Positions 51,539-62,538 of a stretch of DNA of 64,000 bases are shown in pieces. The DNA comes from an uncultured Alphaproteobacteria bacterium (GTDB lineage: Bacteria; Pseudomonadota; Alphaproteobacteria; Rhizobiales; Rhizobiaceae), in the NCBI GenBank assembly GCA_963776115.1, contig CAVZLS010000023.1, positions 193,093 through 257,092 on the forward strand. The letters run 5' to 3'. The position numbers and the translations under genes were made by a program. The first letter of the stretch is position 1. Each line of letters begins with the position of its first letter. The notes beneath the pieces are model-generated. The model had not been told where the DNA came from, did not search any database, and saw nothing but the letters and a program-made list of their open reading frames with translations.

Positions 51539-51630
51539 TCAATGATCGCCCCGGACAGTAAAGCGCAAGGGCTTTGAAACCGACCCGAACGGCTCATCCA
51601 TCTCCGCCTTAATTCTAACAGGAACAACCA

Positions 51631-52029
51631 ATGACAAAACGCGATGCCATTTTCCCTGCCGGTCGGCAGGCACTCTATGAGATCAATCGATATTCGGCGG
51701 CGATCCGCTCGGGCGACCTTCTGTTCGTCTCGGGGCAGGTTGGCAGCCGCGAGGACGGCTCGCCAGAACCGGTCTTCGAAAAGCAGGTCCAGCTTGCCTT
51801 CGACAATCTCGCCGCCGTGCTGAAGGCTGCTGGCTGCACGTTCGATGACGTGGTGGACGTGACCACTTTCCACACGGACCCTGCCACGCAGTTTGAGGCA
51901 GTCAACACAGTTCGCATGAAGGCAATCGGTGAGCAACCCTACCCGAACTGGACTGCGGTGGGTGTGAACTGGCTGGCCGGCTTCGACTTTGAAATCAAGG
52001 TAATAGCGCGCATTCCTCAGTCCAGCTGA
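51631..52029 (+). CDS. RidA/YjgF family protein
   Basis: YSAAIRSGDLLFVSGQVG, PYPNWTAVGV, FEIKVIA. Confidence 0.92.
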   Translation: MTKRDAIFPAGRQALYEINRYSAAIRSGDLLFVSGQVGSREDGSPEPVFEKQVQLAFDNLAAVLKAAGCTFDDVVDVTTFHTDPATQFEAVNTVRMKAIGEQPYPNWTAVGVNWLAGFDFEIKVIARIPQSS

Positions 52030-52048
52030 TCGGTTCGACCATTCCACA

Positions 52049-52077
52049 CGATGACGGCCGACGGGCGGCCGTCATCG
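52049..52077. terminator. GC-rich hairpin after ridA
   Basis: cgatgacggccg-acggg-cggccgtcatcg; no U tract. Confidence 0.45.
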
Positions 52078-52284
52078 ATGCAAGAGCCCGGATGTTACCG
52101 TTACGTACTTGCCCCTGACCATATCCGGACCGATCATTGTCAGCTTACGCCGCCCAGTCCTAGTTCAGCATCACGGCGTGCACTTTCGCAGGACCATATC
52201 CGCAGAGCACACGAGATGTTACGGGCGCAACGTTCCCCGCAGCAGCATGTCCTCTGTTTTTGGCCTGACCAATGGAGGACTACA

Positions 52285-53590
52285 ATGGCAGAAAATCCAG
52301 ATCCGAGCAGGCGTGACATCTTGCTGACGGGCGGTTCATTGCTCGCCATGTCAGCTATCGGCACAGGTGCCGCGGGCCTTATTTCAGCTTCCCCGGTGCG
52401 GGCCGCCGCAAGTGAAGAAATCCGCCCGTTCAGCGTGCACTTTTCGGACGAGCAACTTGCCGATCTGCGCAGGCGCGTTGCTGCAACGAAATGGCCGAGC
52501 AAGGAAATTGTCACCGATGCATCACAGGGCGTGCAGTTCGCGACGCTTGCAGAAACTCGCACAATATTGGGCGACTGACTACGACTGGCGCAAGATGGAA
52601 GCGAAGCTCAACGCCTTGCCGCAATTCATGACAAACATCGACGGGGTGGACATTCACTTCATCCACGTTCGTTCGAAGAACCCCAACGCGCTTCCGGTGA
52701 TTATCACACATGGTTGGCCAGGCTCGATTATCGAGCAGTTGAAGGTTATCGAGCCGCTCACCGACCCAACGGCCAACGGCGGGGCAGTCGAAGACTCGTT
52801 CGACGTCGTGATCCCATCGCTGCCGGGCTACGGCTTTTCCGGAGTGCCCACCGTTACCGGCTGGGATCCTGTCCGCATCGCAAGCGCCTGGATCGTGCTG
52901 ATGAAGCGCCTCGGCTACTCCCGTTATGTTGCCCAGGGCGGCGACTGGGGAAATGCAGTCACTGAGCAGATGGCCGTGCAGACGCCTCCGGGCTTACTTG
53001 GCATTCACACCAACATGCCCGCCACTGTGCCCGACGATATTGCACAGGCACTGAGTTCCGGCGGCCCACCGCCGCCGGGCCTGTCAGCCGATGAGAAACA
53101 TGCCTACGAGCAACTCGACTTTTTCTACAAACACGGCCTGGCCTACGCTCAGGAGATGGGGAACCGCCCACAGACACTATACGCGATCGAGGACTCGCCT
53201 GTCGGTCTCGCCGCCTGGATGCTTGACCATGACGCAGCCAGTTATGCACTCATCGCACGCGTTTTTGACGGTGTACCCGAGGGTCTTACACGAGAGGACA
53301 TCGTCGACAACATCACGCTCTACTGGTTGACGAACACAGCAGTCTCTTCGGCCCGTCTTTATTGGGAAAGCAAGCTTCCCTTTTTCGCCCCGAAGCACCT
53401 CACCATACCAGTGGCCGTAAGCGCCTTTCCTGACGAGCTTTACCAGGCTCCGCGAAGTTGGGCCGAAAAGGCGTATCCGAAGCTCATCTTTTACGCCAAG
53501 CATGACAAAGGCGGGCACTTCGCGGCGTGGGAACAGCCGGCGTACATCACGGCCGACCTTAGGGCGGCTTTCAAGCCACTGCGCCAGTAG
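52285..53590 (+). CDS. Tat-exported epoxide hydrolase (EHN + alpha/beta hydrolase); +1 frameshift near 52546
   Basis: SRRDILL Tat motif; IRPF, YDWRK, HGWP, QGGDWG, GGHFAAWEQP. Confidence 0.9.
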
Positions 53591-53654
53591 ATTTATAAAA
53601 ACACTGCGCGAATTGCGCACCATCCTTTCAACAGGCATCGAGGAGGACCATGCC

Positions 53655-54314
53655 ATGACTGAGACAAATCAAGCGCGAACGGCCGATATGAAGCTCGAGA
53701 TCGTCGTCATCCCTGTTTCGGACCCTGACCGCTCGAAGGAATTCTACGCCAACCTTGGCTGGAGGCTGGACGCCGATTTCGCCGGCACCGATTTTCGCGT
53801 AATGCAGTTTACCCCGCCCGGTTCCGGCTGTTCGGTCATCTTCGGCAAGAATGTCACCGCTGCGCCCCCGGGCTCCGCTCAAGGGCTTTACCTGATCGTT
53901 TCCGACATCGAGGCTGCCCGCAAGGAGCTGATCGGACGGGGCGTGAAGGTCAGCGACGCGTTTCACCCTGCCGGTGACGTTTATACGGGTCCGGACGAGC
54001 CCTATTTGTTTGGACGAGTCCGGACTGGCGGTCTGCATCCCGAGCGTGGCACTTATCGCTCATTCGCGTCGTTCAACGATCCCGATGGCAATGGCTGGCT
54101 GTTCCAGGAGGTTACGGCGCGATTGCCTGGCCGCGTGGATGCGACCGATACGATCTTCACCTCGTCGAAAGAGCTCGCGGCGGCGCTTCGCCGTGCAGGG
54201 GCTGCGCATGGTGAGCACGAGAAGCGCACCGGTGGTGAGTATGATGAGGGCTGGCCTGACTGGTATGCGGAGTACATGGTCAAGGAACAGTCGGGCGAAC
54301 CACTGCCAACGTGA
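53655..54314 (+). CDS. VOC/glyoxalase family protein with C-terminal extension
   Basis: MKLEIVVIPVSD, QFTPPGSGCS, DPDGNGWLFQE, WPDWYAEYMV; GAGGAGG RBS. Confidence 0.88.
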   Translation: MTETNQARTADMKLEIVVIPVSDPDRSKEFYANLGWRLDADFAGTDFRVMQFTPPGSGCSVIFGKNVTAAPPGSAQGLYLIVSDIEAARKELIGRGVKVSDAFHPAGDVYTGPDEPYLFGRVRTGGLHPERGTYRSFASFNDPDGNGWLFQEVTARLPGRVDATDTIFTSSKELAAALRRAGAAHGEHEKRTGGEYDEGWPDWYAEYMVKEQSGEPLPT

Positions 54315-54451
54315 GCAGCTACGACAAAATCCGAGCCAGTGACGATCGAGCTAAGCCGCTTGATCGTCATTGTCCAGTTTCGCGGCCTGAAGGCGGCCAT
54401 CATTGGCCAACAGCGATACCCGCATAAAGTCATACCATTTCCATCAGATCC

Positions 54452-55012
54452 ATGAGTTCGCGACCTATAGGCACCGGCAACATGTTGAAGTCGAGAAATT
54501 CAATCAAGCGGCGGGAATTCAAGGCGCTGCATGTGCCTCCCTCGCCGAACGATTCGAACGCCGACACAATCGCCAACGCGATGGCGGCGCGCTTCACTTA
54601 CTATTTGGTGCCAATCTCTCTTGCACTGCCGCACATTCGCGATGGCACACTCGTTGCGCTGGGCGTGAGTACCGCGCGGCGCTCAACCTTGCTCCCGGAG
54701 GTACCGACCATCGCGGAGGCGGGCGTCGCCGGTTTCGACTTCCCGATCTGGTATGGAATATGGGTGCGGGCAGGCTCTCCGACCGGCGTGGTTGACCAGC
54801 TTGCGAATGACATCGGGCGCGTGCTCGCCGGGCCGTATCTGCGCGAATGGATCGCTAAGCACGGAGGTGAGCCAATGAGCATGACGCAGCCCGAGTTCGT
54901 GCGCTTCGTGGAGAGCGAGAGTGAAGGCGCGGCGCTACTCATGAAAGCCGCTAGTGTCAAGCTTAATGGTCCCCTCCTGGGCGGATCCGACCTGCTGGAT
55001 GGACGCAACTGA
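54452..55012 (+). pseudogene. 5'-truncated, frameshifted Bug/TctC protein
   Basis: IGTG / HVEVEKFNQAAGI / KALHVP in shifting frames; LPEVPTIAEAGVAGF..WYG; N-terminal half absent. Confidence 0.75.
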
Positions 55013-55121
55013 CCCAAGCCAAATGAAATTCAAACCGGCCTCTGCTTGCCGCCTTCTTTACCCTTCTTTTGCCCGAATCACTCGTATATTCCCTGCCACA
55101 TCCAACCGGGGACCTGATTCC

Positions 55122-55784
55122 ATGATAAAAAGATTTGCCATCGGCTGCCTTGCCGCGACCTTTCTTGCGGGCTGCACCACGACCGACCCCTATACGGGCC
55201 AGCAGAAAATGTCGAACACGGCCGGTGGTGCCATGATCGGCACGGCCGTCGGCGCGTTGACGGGTCTGGCAATTGGCGGCGGTGGCAAATCCGGGCGCAA
55301 TGCGGCGTTGATCGGCGCGGGTATCGGCGCGCTCAGCGGTGGTGCGATCGGCAATTACATGGATCGGCAGGAATCGGAATTGCGCGCGCAGTTGCAGGGC
55401 ACCGGTGTCTCAGTGACGCGCAACGGCGACCGGATCATCCTCAACATGCCGTCGGCGATCACCTTCAGCACCGATCAGGATCAGGTGAAGCCGGAATTCT
55501 TCTCCACTTTGGGTTCTGTCGCCATCGTCCTGCGCAAGTTCGATCGCACCATCGTCGACGTCGCGGGCCACACGGATTCCACCGGGAGCTTGCAGCATAA
55601 CCAGCTGCTGTCCGAACGCCGCGCTCTTTCCGTTGCCAATTATCTGACCCAGCAGGGCATCGATAACCGTCGCTTCGACGTGCGCGGCTATGGCCCGACG
55701 CAGCCTGTCGCGACCAACGCCACCGAAGCCGGACGGGCGCAGAACCGGCGCGTCGAGATCCAGATTTCGCCGCTTACCGAGTAG
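55122..55784 (+). CDS. OmpA family lipoprotein (YiaD-like, glycine zipper)
   Basis: Lipobox LAGC; glycine zipper; GHTDSTG, LSERRA, NRRVEI. Confidence 0.92.
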   Translation: MIKRFAIGCLAATFLAGCTTTDPYTGQQKMSNTAGGAMIGTAVGALTGLAIGGGGKSGRNAALIGAGIGALSGGAIGNYMDRQESELRAQLQGTGVSVTRNGDRIILNMPSAITFSTDQDQVKPEFFSTLGSVAIVLRKFDRTIVDVAGHTDSTGSLQHNQLLSERRALSVANYLTQQGIDNRRFDVRGYGPTQPVATNATEAGRAQNRRVEIQISPLTE

Positions 55785-56700
55785 CAGAGACTGCTACCGC
55801 GATCTTTGCGGCGAGGCGTGCATTGTTCTCGACCAGAGCGATGTTCGCCTTGAGGCTCTCACCCTTGGTGATGTCGAGAAGTTCCGAGAGAAGAAACGGC
55901 GTCACTGCCTTGCCGGTGACGCCTTTTTCTGTGGCACGGGCAATCGCTTCACCAATATACCCGCCCATGATTTCCGCAGGGATTTCACTTGCCTCGGGGA
56001 TGGGATTGGTAATCAGCATGCCGCCGACAACGCCGATGGCATCCCGCGCAGCCTGAAATTTTGCAATGGCATCCGGCGTATCGAGCCGAAGGGGCGCCTT
56101 GATTAGGGATTGCCGTGACCAGAAGGCGGGTAGCACGTCCGCGCCATAGACCACGACAGGTACGCCTTTGGTTTCAAGCACTTCCAGCGTTTTCTCGATA
56201 TCGAGAATCGCTTTGGCCCCGGCTGAAACGACGATGACCGGCGTGCGGCCGAGCTCTTCCAGATCAGCGGAGATGTCGAAACTCTGCTCGGCGCCCTTGT
56301 GCACGCCGCCAATGCCGCCAGTTGCGAAAACCTTGATGCCGGCGAGGTGGGCGGCGAGCATCGTCGCGGCAACCGTGGTTCCCCCGGTACGCCCTTCCGA
56401 CAGCGCAAACGCCAGATCCGCGCGCGAGAGTTTCATCGCGCCCTTGACCTGCGCCAGCGCCTCGCGCTCTTGCGCGGACAGCCCGATCTTCAAACGCCCG
56501 TCGACGATGGCGATGGTGGCTGGAACTGCGCCTTCCGCAATGATGATAGCTTCGACGTCGGCTGCCATGCGGCTGTTGTCCGGGTAGGGCATCCCGTGAG
56601 TAATAATGGTGCTTTCGAGTGCGACGATGGGTTTGCCCGCAGCAAGCGCGTCCTGAACCGCGGGGGCAATATCCATGAATGGGTTCAAAACTTGGGTCAT
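55774..56700 (-). CDS. psuG: pseudouridine-5'-phosphate glycosidase
   Basis: VALESTIITHGMPYP, ATGGIGGVH, DISADL, GAKAILD, VTPFLL. Confidence 0.95.
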   Translation of the reverse strand: MTQVLNPFMDIAPAVQDALAAGKPIVALESTIITHGMPYPDNSRMAADVEAIIIAEGAVPATIAIVDGRLKIGLSAQEREALAQVKGAMKLSRADLAFALSEGRTGGTTVAATMLAAHLAGIKVFATGGIGGVHKGAEQSFDISADLEELGRTPVIVVSAGAKAILDIEKTLEVLETKGVPVVVYGADVLPAFWSRQSLIKAPLRLDTPDAIAKFQAARDAIGVVGGMLITNPIPEASEIPAEIMGGYIGEAIARATEKGVTGKAVTPFLLSELLDITKGESLKANIALVENNARLAAKIAVAVSATR

Positions 56701-56716
56701 TATCATCTTCCTTTTT

Positions 56717-56858
56717 GGGTTTGTTGAGATTCACGTCAGGGCGAGACGAAAACGGTGGTTTTCGAGCACCGGAGCGAAGCGTACGTTAAGGTACGTGAGC
56801 ACCGGAGCGCAGAAAAGCGCCGTTTGCAGGCCACCATGGCGTGAATATCAACAGACCC
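56717..56858. repeat. BRU-RS/RPE-like palindromic element, copy 1
   Basis: Imperfect terminal IRs gggtttgttgagattcacgtca / tggcgtgaatatcaacagaccc; core gagcaccggagcg..cgtac..gtacgtgagcaccggagcg. Confidence 0.8.
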
Positions 56859-57809
56859 TTATGCGAGAGCAACTGCGGCCGGTATCTGCGCAAGTGCCCC
56901 GTCGAATTCCTGCCGTGTGAACCTGGCGCTGGCGGAGTGGACTTGCAGCGTCAGCATCGATGCTGCCAGTCCCTCGCGCAAGGCTTCATCAAAGGCGAGC
57001 CCCCGCATCAGCGCGGCGATCGTGCCGCCAGCCAGCGCATCGCCGGCGCCGGTGACATCGGCGATTTCATCGACGGCGGGCGGGCGGATAGTGAACACGT
57101 CGTTGCCGGAAAAGGCGAGGGCGGCCTCACCGCCATTGCTGATCACAGCGCCCTTGAGGCCACCAGCGTGCAACGCCTCATAGATGTCCTTCAGTCCGGC
57201 TTCGGAACCGAGCCCGGTCAGTGCCAGCGCTTCGCGGCGGTTCATGAACAGGCAGGTGAGGTTGCTGAAGATCGGTTCCAGACGAGACACCTTAGCCGGC
57301 GAAATCGCCAGTGCAAAAAGTGGCCGCTCGCCGGTAAGGCTTGCCAACCGCTGCAGCGCATCCGAGGGGAGGTTGGCATCGCAAAACACCGCGTCGGCCA
57401 CGGCGATCGAATCGCGCACCTTGCGCCGCCGCAATTGTCGCGGCAGGGCGAGCTCATAAAGTCCCATGTCCGCGATGCCTGCGACCACATCGCCTTGCTC
57501 GTCGAGGATGGCGGTATAGCTCGGCGTCGCTCGGTCCATGAAGACCACCGAGCCGTCGCGAATGCCCGCCGTTTCGATAGCAGCGGCAACCATTTCCCCG
57601 ATCCGGTCACCGCCGCGCACCGAGAGAATCTCGGCGGCGATTCCGCGCTGAACCGCGAGGCGCAGCGCATTGAAAACGCCGCCGCCCGGCTCCTCGCGCA
57701 TGATTCCAGGGTTGGATGCACCGGGCACGAACGGCACGAGGCTCTGGCCGCGCCGGTCGAGATGAGCGCCGCCGACAGCGAAGAGCAACGGCTTGGTGAC
57801 TTGGATCAT
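56859..57809 (-). CDS. PfkB family kinase, probable pseudouridine kinase
   Basis: GGAHLD, SNPG, PGGG, DVTGAGD; upstream of psuG on the same strand. Confidence 0.85.
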   Translation of the reverse strand: MIQVTKPLLFAVGGAHLDRRGQSLVPFVPGASNPGIMREEPGGGVFNALRLAVQRGIAAEILSVRGGDRIGEMVAAAIETAGIRDGSVVFMDRATPSYTAILDEQGDVVAGIADMGLYELALPRQLRRRKVRDSIAVADAVFCDANLPSDALQRLASLTGERPLFALAISPAKVSRLEPIFSNLTCLFMNRREALALTGLGSEAGLKDIYEALHAGGLKGAVISNGGEAALAFSGNDVFTIRPPAVDEIADVTGAGDALAGGTIAALMRGLAFDEALREGLAASMLTLQVHSASARFTRQEFDGALAQIPAAVALA

Positions 57810-57988
57810 GGTTGATTGTGTATCCGGACAAAACTTCAAGTTGTGGGCACGGACGCCCGCGCTCCTCTCTAGAACGCCGAAGGCCGCGGTGCAATCATAA
57901 CAGCGATTCGAAAGGGCGAGCCTTGGTTCAGTCAAAGGCGCGACGAAGTCATGTCGAGAGATGTGGACAGAACGTCACGCCCTGACAA

Positions 57989-58068
57989 GAACATTTTGCG
58001 AACATTTTTTGATTATTGTTTGTTTACAATAGCTTATGCCTGTTGCCAAATAAGAACAAAACAGATAC
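57989..58068 (+). promoter_or_regulatory. alphaproteobacterial LexA (SOS) boxes
   Basis: GAAC-ATTTTGC-GAAC at 57989-58003 and GAAC-AAAACAG-ATAC at 58054-58068, upstream of recA. Confidence 0.85.
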
Positions 58069-58127
58069 AAATAAATTCAGATACAGGAACATTCCGGACT
58101 TCATGCACAACACAGGGGTAGTGTAAC

Positions 58128-59222
58128 ATGGCTCAAAATTCATTGCGGTTGGTTGAGGGTAATTCGGTGGATAAAACGAAAGCGCTGGATGCGGCATTGT
58201 CCCAGATCGAGAGGGCCTTTGGTAAGGGCTCGATCATGCGGCTTGGACGCAATGAGCAGGTAGTGGAAATCGAAACGGTTTCGACCGGCTCGCTGTCGCT
58301 GGATATTGCCCTTGGCGTCGGCGGATTGCCGAAAGGCCGCATCGTCGAGATTTATGGGCCGGAAAGCTCCGGCAAGACGACGCTTGCCCTGCATACGATT
58401 GCCGAAGCCCAGAAGAAGGGCGGCATTTGCGCCTTTGTCGATGCTGAACATGCACTTGATCCTGTCTATGCCCGCAAGCTTGGCGTCGATCTGGAAAACC
58501 TCCTGATCTCGCAGCCGGATACGGGTGAACAGGCTCTGGAGATCACCGATACGCTGGTGCGCTCTGGCGCGATCGATGTTCTGGTCGTCGACTCGGTCGC
58601 CGCGCTGACACCTCGTGCTGAAATCGAAGGCGAGATGGGTGACAGCCTGCCGGGCCTGCAGGCGCGTCTGATGAGCCAGGCGCTGCGCAAGCTCACCGCT
58701 TCCATTTCCCGCTCCAACTGCATGGTCATCTTCATCAACCAGATCCGCATGAAGATCGGCGTCATGTTCGGCTCGCCCGAAACCACCACAGGCGGCAACG
58801 CGCTGAAATTCTATGCATCCGTCCGTCTCGATATCCGCCGCATCGGTTCGCTGAAGGAACGCGATGAGGTTGTCGGCAACCAGACCCGCGTCAAGGTGGT
58901 CAAGAACAAGCTGGCACCACCCTTCAAGCAGGTTGAATTCGACATCATGTATGGCGAAGGCGTTTCCAAGACGGGCGAGCTCGTCGACCTCGGCGTCAAG
59001 GCTGGTATTGTGGAGAAATCCGGTTCCTGGTTCTCCTATAATTCGCAGCGTCTTGGCCAGGGCCGCGACAATGCGAAACTGTTCCTCAAGGAAAACCCGG
59101 AAATCGCCAACGAGATCGAACTGGTGCTGCGTCAGAATGCCGGTCTCATCGCCGAGCAGATGCTCGACAAGGGTCCTGACGATGTCGAAGATGACGAGAG
59201 CCCGGACGCCGCCGAGGGCTGA
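58128..59222 (+). CDS. recA: recombinase RecA
   Basis: [30 protein letters not shown]. Confidence 0.99.
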   Translation: MAQNSLRLVEGNSVDKTKALDAALSQIERAFGKGSIMRLGRNEQVVEIETVSTGSLSLDIALGVGGLPKGRIVEIYGPESSGKTTLALHTIAEAQKKGGICAFVDAEHALDPVYARKLGVDLENLLISQPDTGEQALEITDTLVRSGAIDVLVVDSVAALTPRAEIEGEMGDSLPGLQARLMSQALRKLTASISRSNCMVIFINQIRMKIGVMFGSPETTTGGNALKFYASVRLDIRRIGSLKERDEVVGNQTRVKVVKNKLAPPFKQVEFDIMYGEGVSKTGELVDLGVKAGIVEKSGSWFSYNSQRLGQGRDNAKLFLKENPEIANEIELVLRQNAGLIAEQMLDKGPDDVEDDESPDAAEG

Positions 59223-59250
59223 TCGCCGATTATCCGCTTACTGTGACGAC

Positions 59251-59281
59251 AAACCCGCATCCATTCTGGCTGCGGGTTTTT
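59251..59281 (+). terminator. Rho-independent terminator
   Basis: aaacccgca-loop-tgcgggttttt. Confidence 0.7.
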
Positions 59282-59335
59282 GTATGATGCGGCGAGGGGT
59301 TTTTTGCCAACCGCTCCATTCCCACATGGTGGGCA

Positions 59336-59403
59336 TCATCCTGAGCCTGTCGAAGGACGAACCACGCACAACTGCCATGCGTGCTTCGACAAGCTCAGCA
59401 TGA
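59336..59403. repeat. REP-like inverted doublet
   Basis: tcatcctgagcctgtcgaagga ... tgcttcgacaagctcagcatga. Confidence 0.75.
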
Positions 59404-59551
59404 GGAAGATTGGCGTTGTTGGCGAAACATCCTTTCACCCAGATTTTCTGGACAGGTCGCGGCCCTATCGCTACAAGCGGTGCGTTCTGCCCCTTTATCA
59501 TTGGATGGGGCCAATTCCGTTTCGGACAATAGCAGGTCAGAAGGCAATAAA

Positions 59552-62209
59552 ATGAGTGGCGTCAACGAGATCCGGTCGACATTTCTGAACTATTTCAAGA
59601 AGAATGGCCATGAGATCGTGGCGTCGAGCCCGCTTGTTCCGCGCAATGATCCGACGCTGATGTTCACCAACGCGGGTATGGTCCAGTTCAAGAATGTTTT
59701 CACCGGCCTGGAGCAGCGTCCTTATAGCCGCGCCACCACCTCGCAAAAGTGCGTTCGCGCTGGCGGTAAGCACAATGACCTCGACAATGTCGGCTATACC
59801 GCGCGCCATCACACCTTTTTCGAAATGCTCGGCAATTTCTCCTTTGGCGATTATTTCAAGGAAGAGGCAATCTCGCTTGCCTGGAACCTGATCACCAAAG
59901 AGTTCGGCCTTCCGGCAGACAAGCTCACCGTCACCGTCTATCACACGGACGACGTGGCTTTTGATCTTTGGAAGAAGATCGCCGGTCTCCCGGAAGAGCG
60001 CATCATCCGCATCGCCACCAGTGATAATTTCTGGGCAATGGGCGATACCGGTCCTTGCGGCCCGTGCTCGGAAATCTTCTATGATCACGGCGCGGATATC
60101 TGGGGCGGTCCTCCCGGCAGCGCAGATGAGGATGGCGACCGTTTCATCGAGATCTGGAATCTTGTCTTCATGCAGTTCGAACAGGTGACGAAGGAGCAGC
60201 GCATTGATCTGCCGCGCCCTTCGATCGACACCGGCATGGGGCTGGAGCGCCTTGCCGCGGTTTTGCAGGGCAAGCACGACAATTACGATATCGATCTGTT
60301 CCAGACGCTGATCCACGCTTCGGAAGAAGCAACCGGCGTCAAGGCGGAGGGTCCATTCCGTGCCAGCCACCGCGTCATCGCCGATCATCTGCGTTCGTCG
60401 AGCTTCCTCATTGCCGATGGCGTGCTGCCTTCCAATGAAGGCCGCGGCTATGTGCTGCGCCGCATCATGCGCCGCGCCATGCGGCACGCACAGTTGCTTG
60501 GCGCCAGGGAGCCGTTGATGTATCGCCTGCTTCCGGCGCTGGTGCGCGAGATGGGCCAGGCTTATCCCGAGCTGATCCGTGCGGAATCGCTGATCTCCGA
60601 GACGCTGAAGCTCGAGGAAACCCGCTTCCGCAAGACGCTCGAACGCGGTCTTGGCCTGCTTGGCGAAGCTACGGAGTCTTTAAGCGATGGCGACAGCCTC
60701 GACGGCGAAACGGCCTTCAAGCTCTATGATACCTTTGGCTTCCCGCTCGACCTGACGCAGGATGCGCTGCGCCAGCGCGGCATTTCCGTCGATACGGAAG
60801 GCTTTTCCGCGGCCATGGAGCGGCAGAAGGCCGAGGCCCGTGCCCACTGGTCCGGGTCGGGCGACGCGGCAACGGAGACCATCTGGTTCTCCGTTCGTGA
60901 CAAGGTCGGGGCGACCGAGTTTCTCGGTTATGAGACTGAAAAGGCGGAAGGCGTCATCACTGCCTTGGTGCAGAACGGTGCGCTTGTCGATAGTGCCAGC
61001 GAGGGCGACGCAGTGTCCATCGTCGTCAACCAGACGCCGTTCTATGCCGAATCCGGTGGTCAGCAGGGCGATACGGGGATCATCTCCGGCGATGGCTTCG
61101 TGGTGACCGTCACCGACACGCAGAAGAAAAACGACGGCGTTTTCGTTCATATCGGCACCGTGACCAAGGGTGTGGTGAAGGTGGATGCGCCGGTCGAGCT
61201 TACCGTGGACCGTGCGCGCCGTACGCGCATCCGCTCCAACCATTCGGCAACGCATCTGTTGCATGAGGCGCTGCGTGAAACGCTTGGCACCCATGTCGCG
61301 CAAAAGGGTTCGCTCGTTGCGCCGGATCGGCTGCGTTTCGACTTTTCGCATCCGAAGCCGATTTCGGACAAGGAGCTTGCCGTCATCGAGGATCTCGCCA
61401 ATGAGATCGTCCTGCAGAATGCACCGGTCACCACGCGTTTGATGGCCGTGGACGACGCCATTGCCGAGGGCGCGATGGCGCTGTTCGGCGAAAAATATGG
61501 CGACGAGGTGCGCGTGGTTTCCATGGGCACGGCGCTGCACGGCGACAAGACCGGCAAGAGCTATTCGACCGAGCTTTGTGGCGGTACGCATGTGCGCGCC
61601 ACGGGCGATATCGGCTTGATCCGCGTTGTTTCCGAAGGTGCAGTCGCTGCCGGCGTGCGTCGCCTCGAAGCGCTGACCGGTGAGGCGGCCCGCCGCTACC
61701 TCGAAGAGCAGGACGAACGCGTCAAGGCAATCGCCGGCGTGCTCAAATCCACGCCCGCCGATGCGTTGTCGCGTGTCTCGGCGCTGATGGACGAGCGCCG
61801 CAAACTCGAACGCGAACTGACCGAAGCGCGCAAACAGCTGGCGCTGGCCGGCCCGGCTTCGGGCGGTGCGCAGTCCGAAACGGTCAATGGCGTCGGCTTC
61901 ATCGGCAAGGTGGTCAGCGGCGTCAATCCGCGTGATTTGAAGCCACTTGCCGACGATGCAAAGAAGACCGTCGGCTCCGGCGTCGTCACGTTCATTGGCG
62001 TTTCGGACGACGGCAAGGCCAGCGCAGTCGTCGGCGTCACCGATGATCTCGTTGGCAAATTCAGTGCCGTCGAACTCGTCCGCATTGCCTCCGCTGCACT
62101 CGGCGGGGCAGGCGGCGGCGGCCGTCCGGACATGGCGCAGGCCGGTGGTCCCGATGGCTCCAAGGCCGAGGAAGCCGTGTCTGCCGTGCGCGAGGCCTTG
62201 GCTGGTTAG
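59552..62209 (+). CDS. alaS: alanine--tRNA ligase
   Basis: [53 protein letters not shown]. Confidence 0.99.
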   Translation: MSGVNEIRSTFLNYFKKNGHEIVASSPLVPRNDPTLMFTNAGMVQFKNVFTGLEQRPYSRATTSQKCVRAGGKHNDLDNVGYTARHHTFFEMLGNFSFGDYFKEEAISLAWNLITKEFGLPADKLTVTVYHTDDVAFDLWKKIAGLPEERIIRIATSDNFWAMGDTGPCGPCSEIFYDHGADIWGGPPGSADEDGDRFIEIWNLVFMQFEQVTKEQRIDLPRPSIDTGMGLERLAAVLQGKHDNYDIDLFQTLIHASEEATGVKAEGPFRASHRVIADHLRSSSFLIADGVLPSNEGRGYVLRRIMRRAMRHAQLLGAREPLMYRLLPALVREMGQAYPELIRAESLISETLKLEETRFRKTLERGLGLLGEATESLSDGDSLDGETAFKLYDTFGFPLDLTQDALRQRGISVDTEGFSAAMERQKAEARAHWSGSGDAATETIWFSVRDKVGATEFLGYETEKAEGVITALVQNGALVDSASEGDAVSIVVNQTPFYAESGGQQGDTGIISGDGFVVTVTDTQKKNDGVFVHIGTVTKGVVKVDAPVELTVDRARRTRIRSNHSATHLLHEALRETLGTHVAQKGSLVAPDRLRFDFSHPKPISDKELAVIEDLANEIVLQNAPVTTRLMAVDDAIAEGAMALFGEKYGDEVRVVSMGTALHGDKTGKSYSTELCGGTHVRATGDIGLIRVVSEGAVAAGVRRLEALTGEAARRYLEEQDERVKAIAGVLKSTPADALSRVSALMDERRKLERELTEARKQLALAGPASGGAQSETVNGVGFIGKVVSGVNPRDLKPLADDAKKTVGSGVVTFIGVSDDGKASAVVGVTDDLVGKFSAVELVRIASAALGGAGGGGRPDMAQAGGPDGSKAEEAVSAVREALAG

Positions 62210-62538
62210 TTTAATTTCATTCCAGTCGCGTGTATCGCGCGGCTGGAAAACGACCCAAAGTTGTTATTGGTAATGGATTGGCCAGTACGACTAAGTGTTT
62301 AGTTTTAAATAATTGCTTTCATTCCGTGTCAGGAATATTATCTTGGATGAATAGCTTTTTTGTATTCTTCTTGTTAAGTAATTTCAAAATTTAACATACA
62401 TTAAATTCAATATGAAAAGCGCGGTAGTCAGGAGTATGCTTCTGATGCCAGGGAATTATTTACCCATAGTGCCGACGTTTTTTGTGCCGGGTCAAACGGC
62501 GAGATTGTTGCTTATACACTGCTCGGGAGATTGGCTTG

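Noticed and set aside
51292-52047. 251-aa minus-strand ORF
   Set aside because: Mostly antisense to ridA and its promoter; only the last 36 or so codons are real (TetR remnant)
52118-52202. Direct repeat gaccatatccg occurring twice upstream of the epoxide hydrolase
   Set aside because: Only two short copies about 75 bp apart with no matching regulator; chance cannot be excluded
43594-55012. Prophage, IS or integrative element explaining the variable region
   Set aside because: No integrase, transposase, tRNA target or flanking direct repeats found
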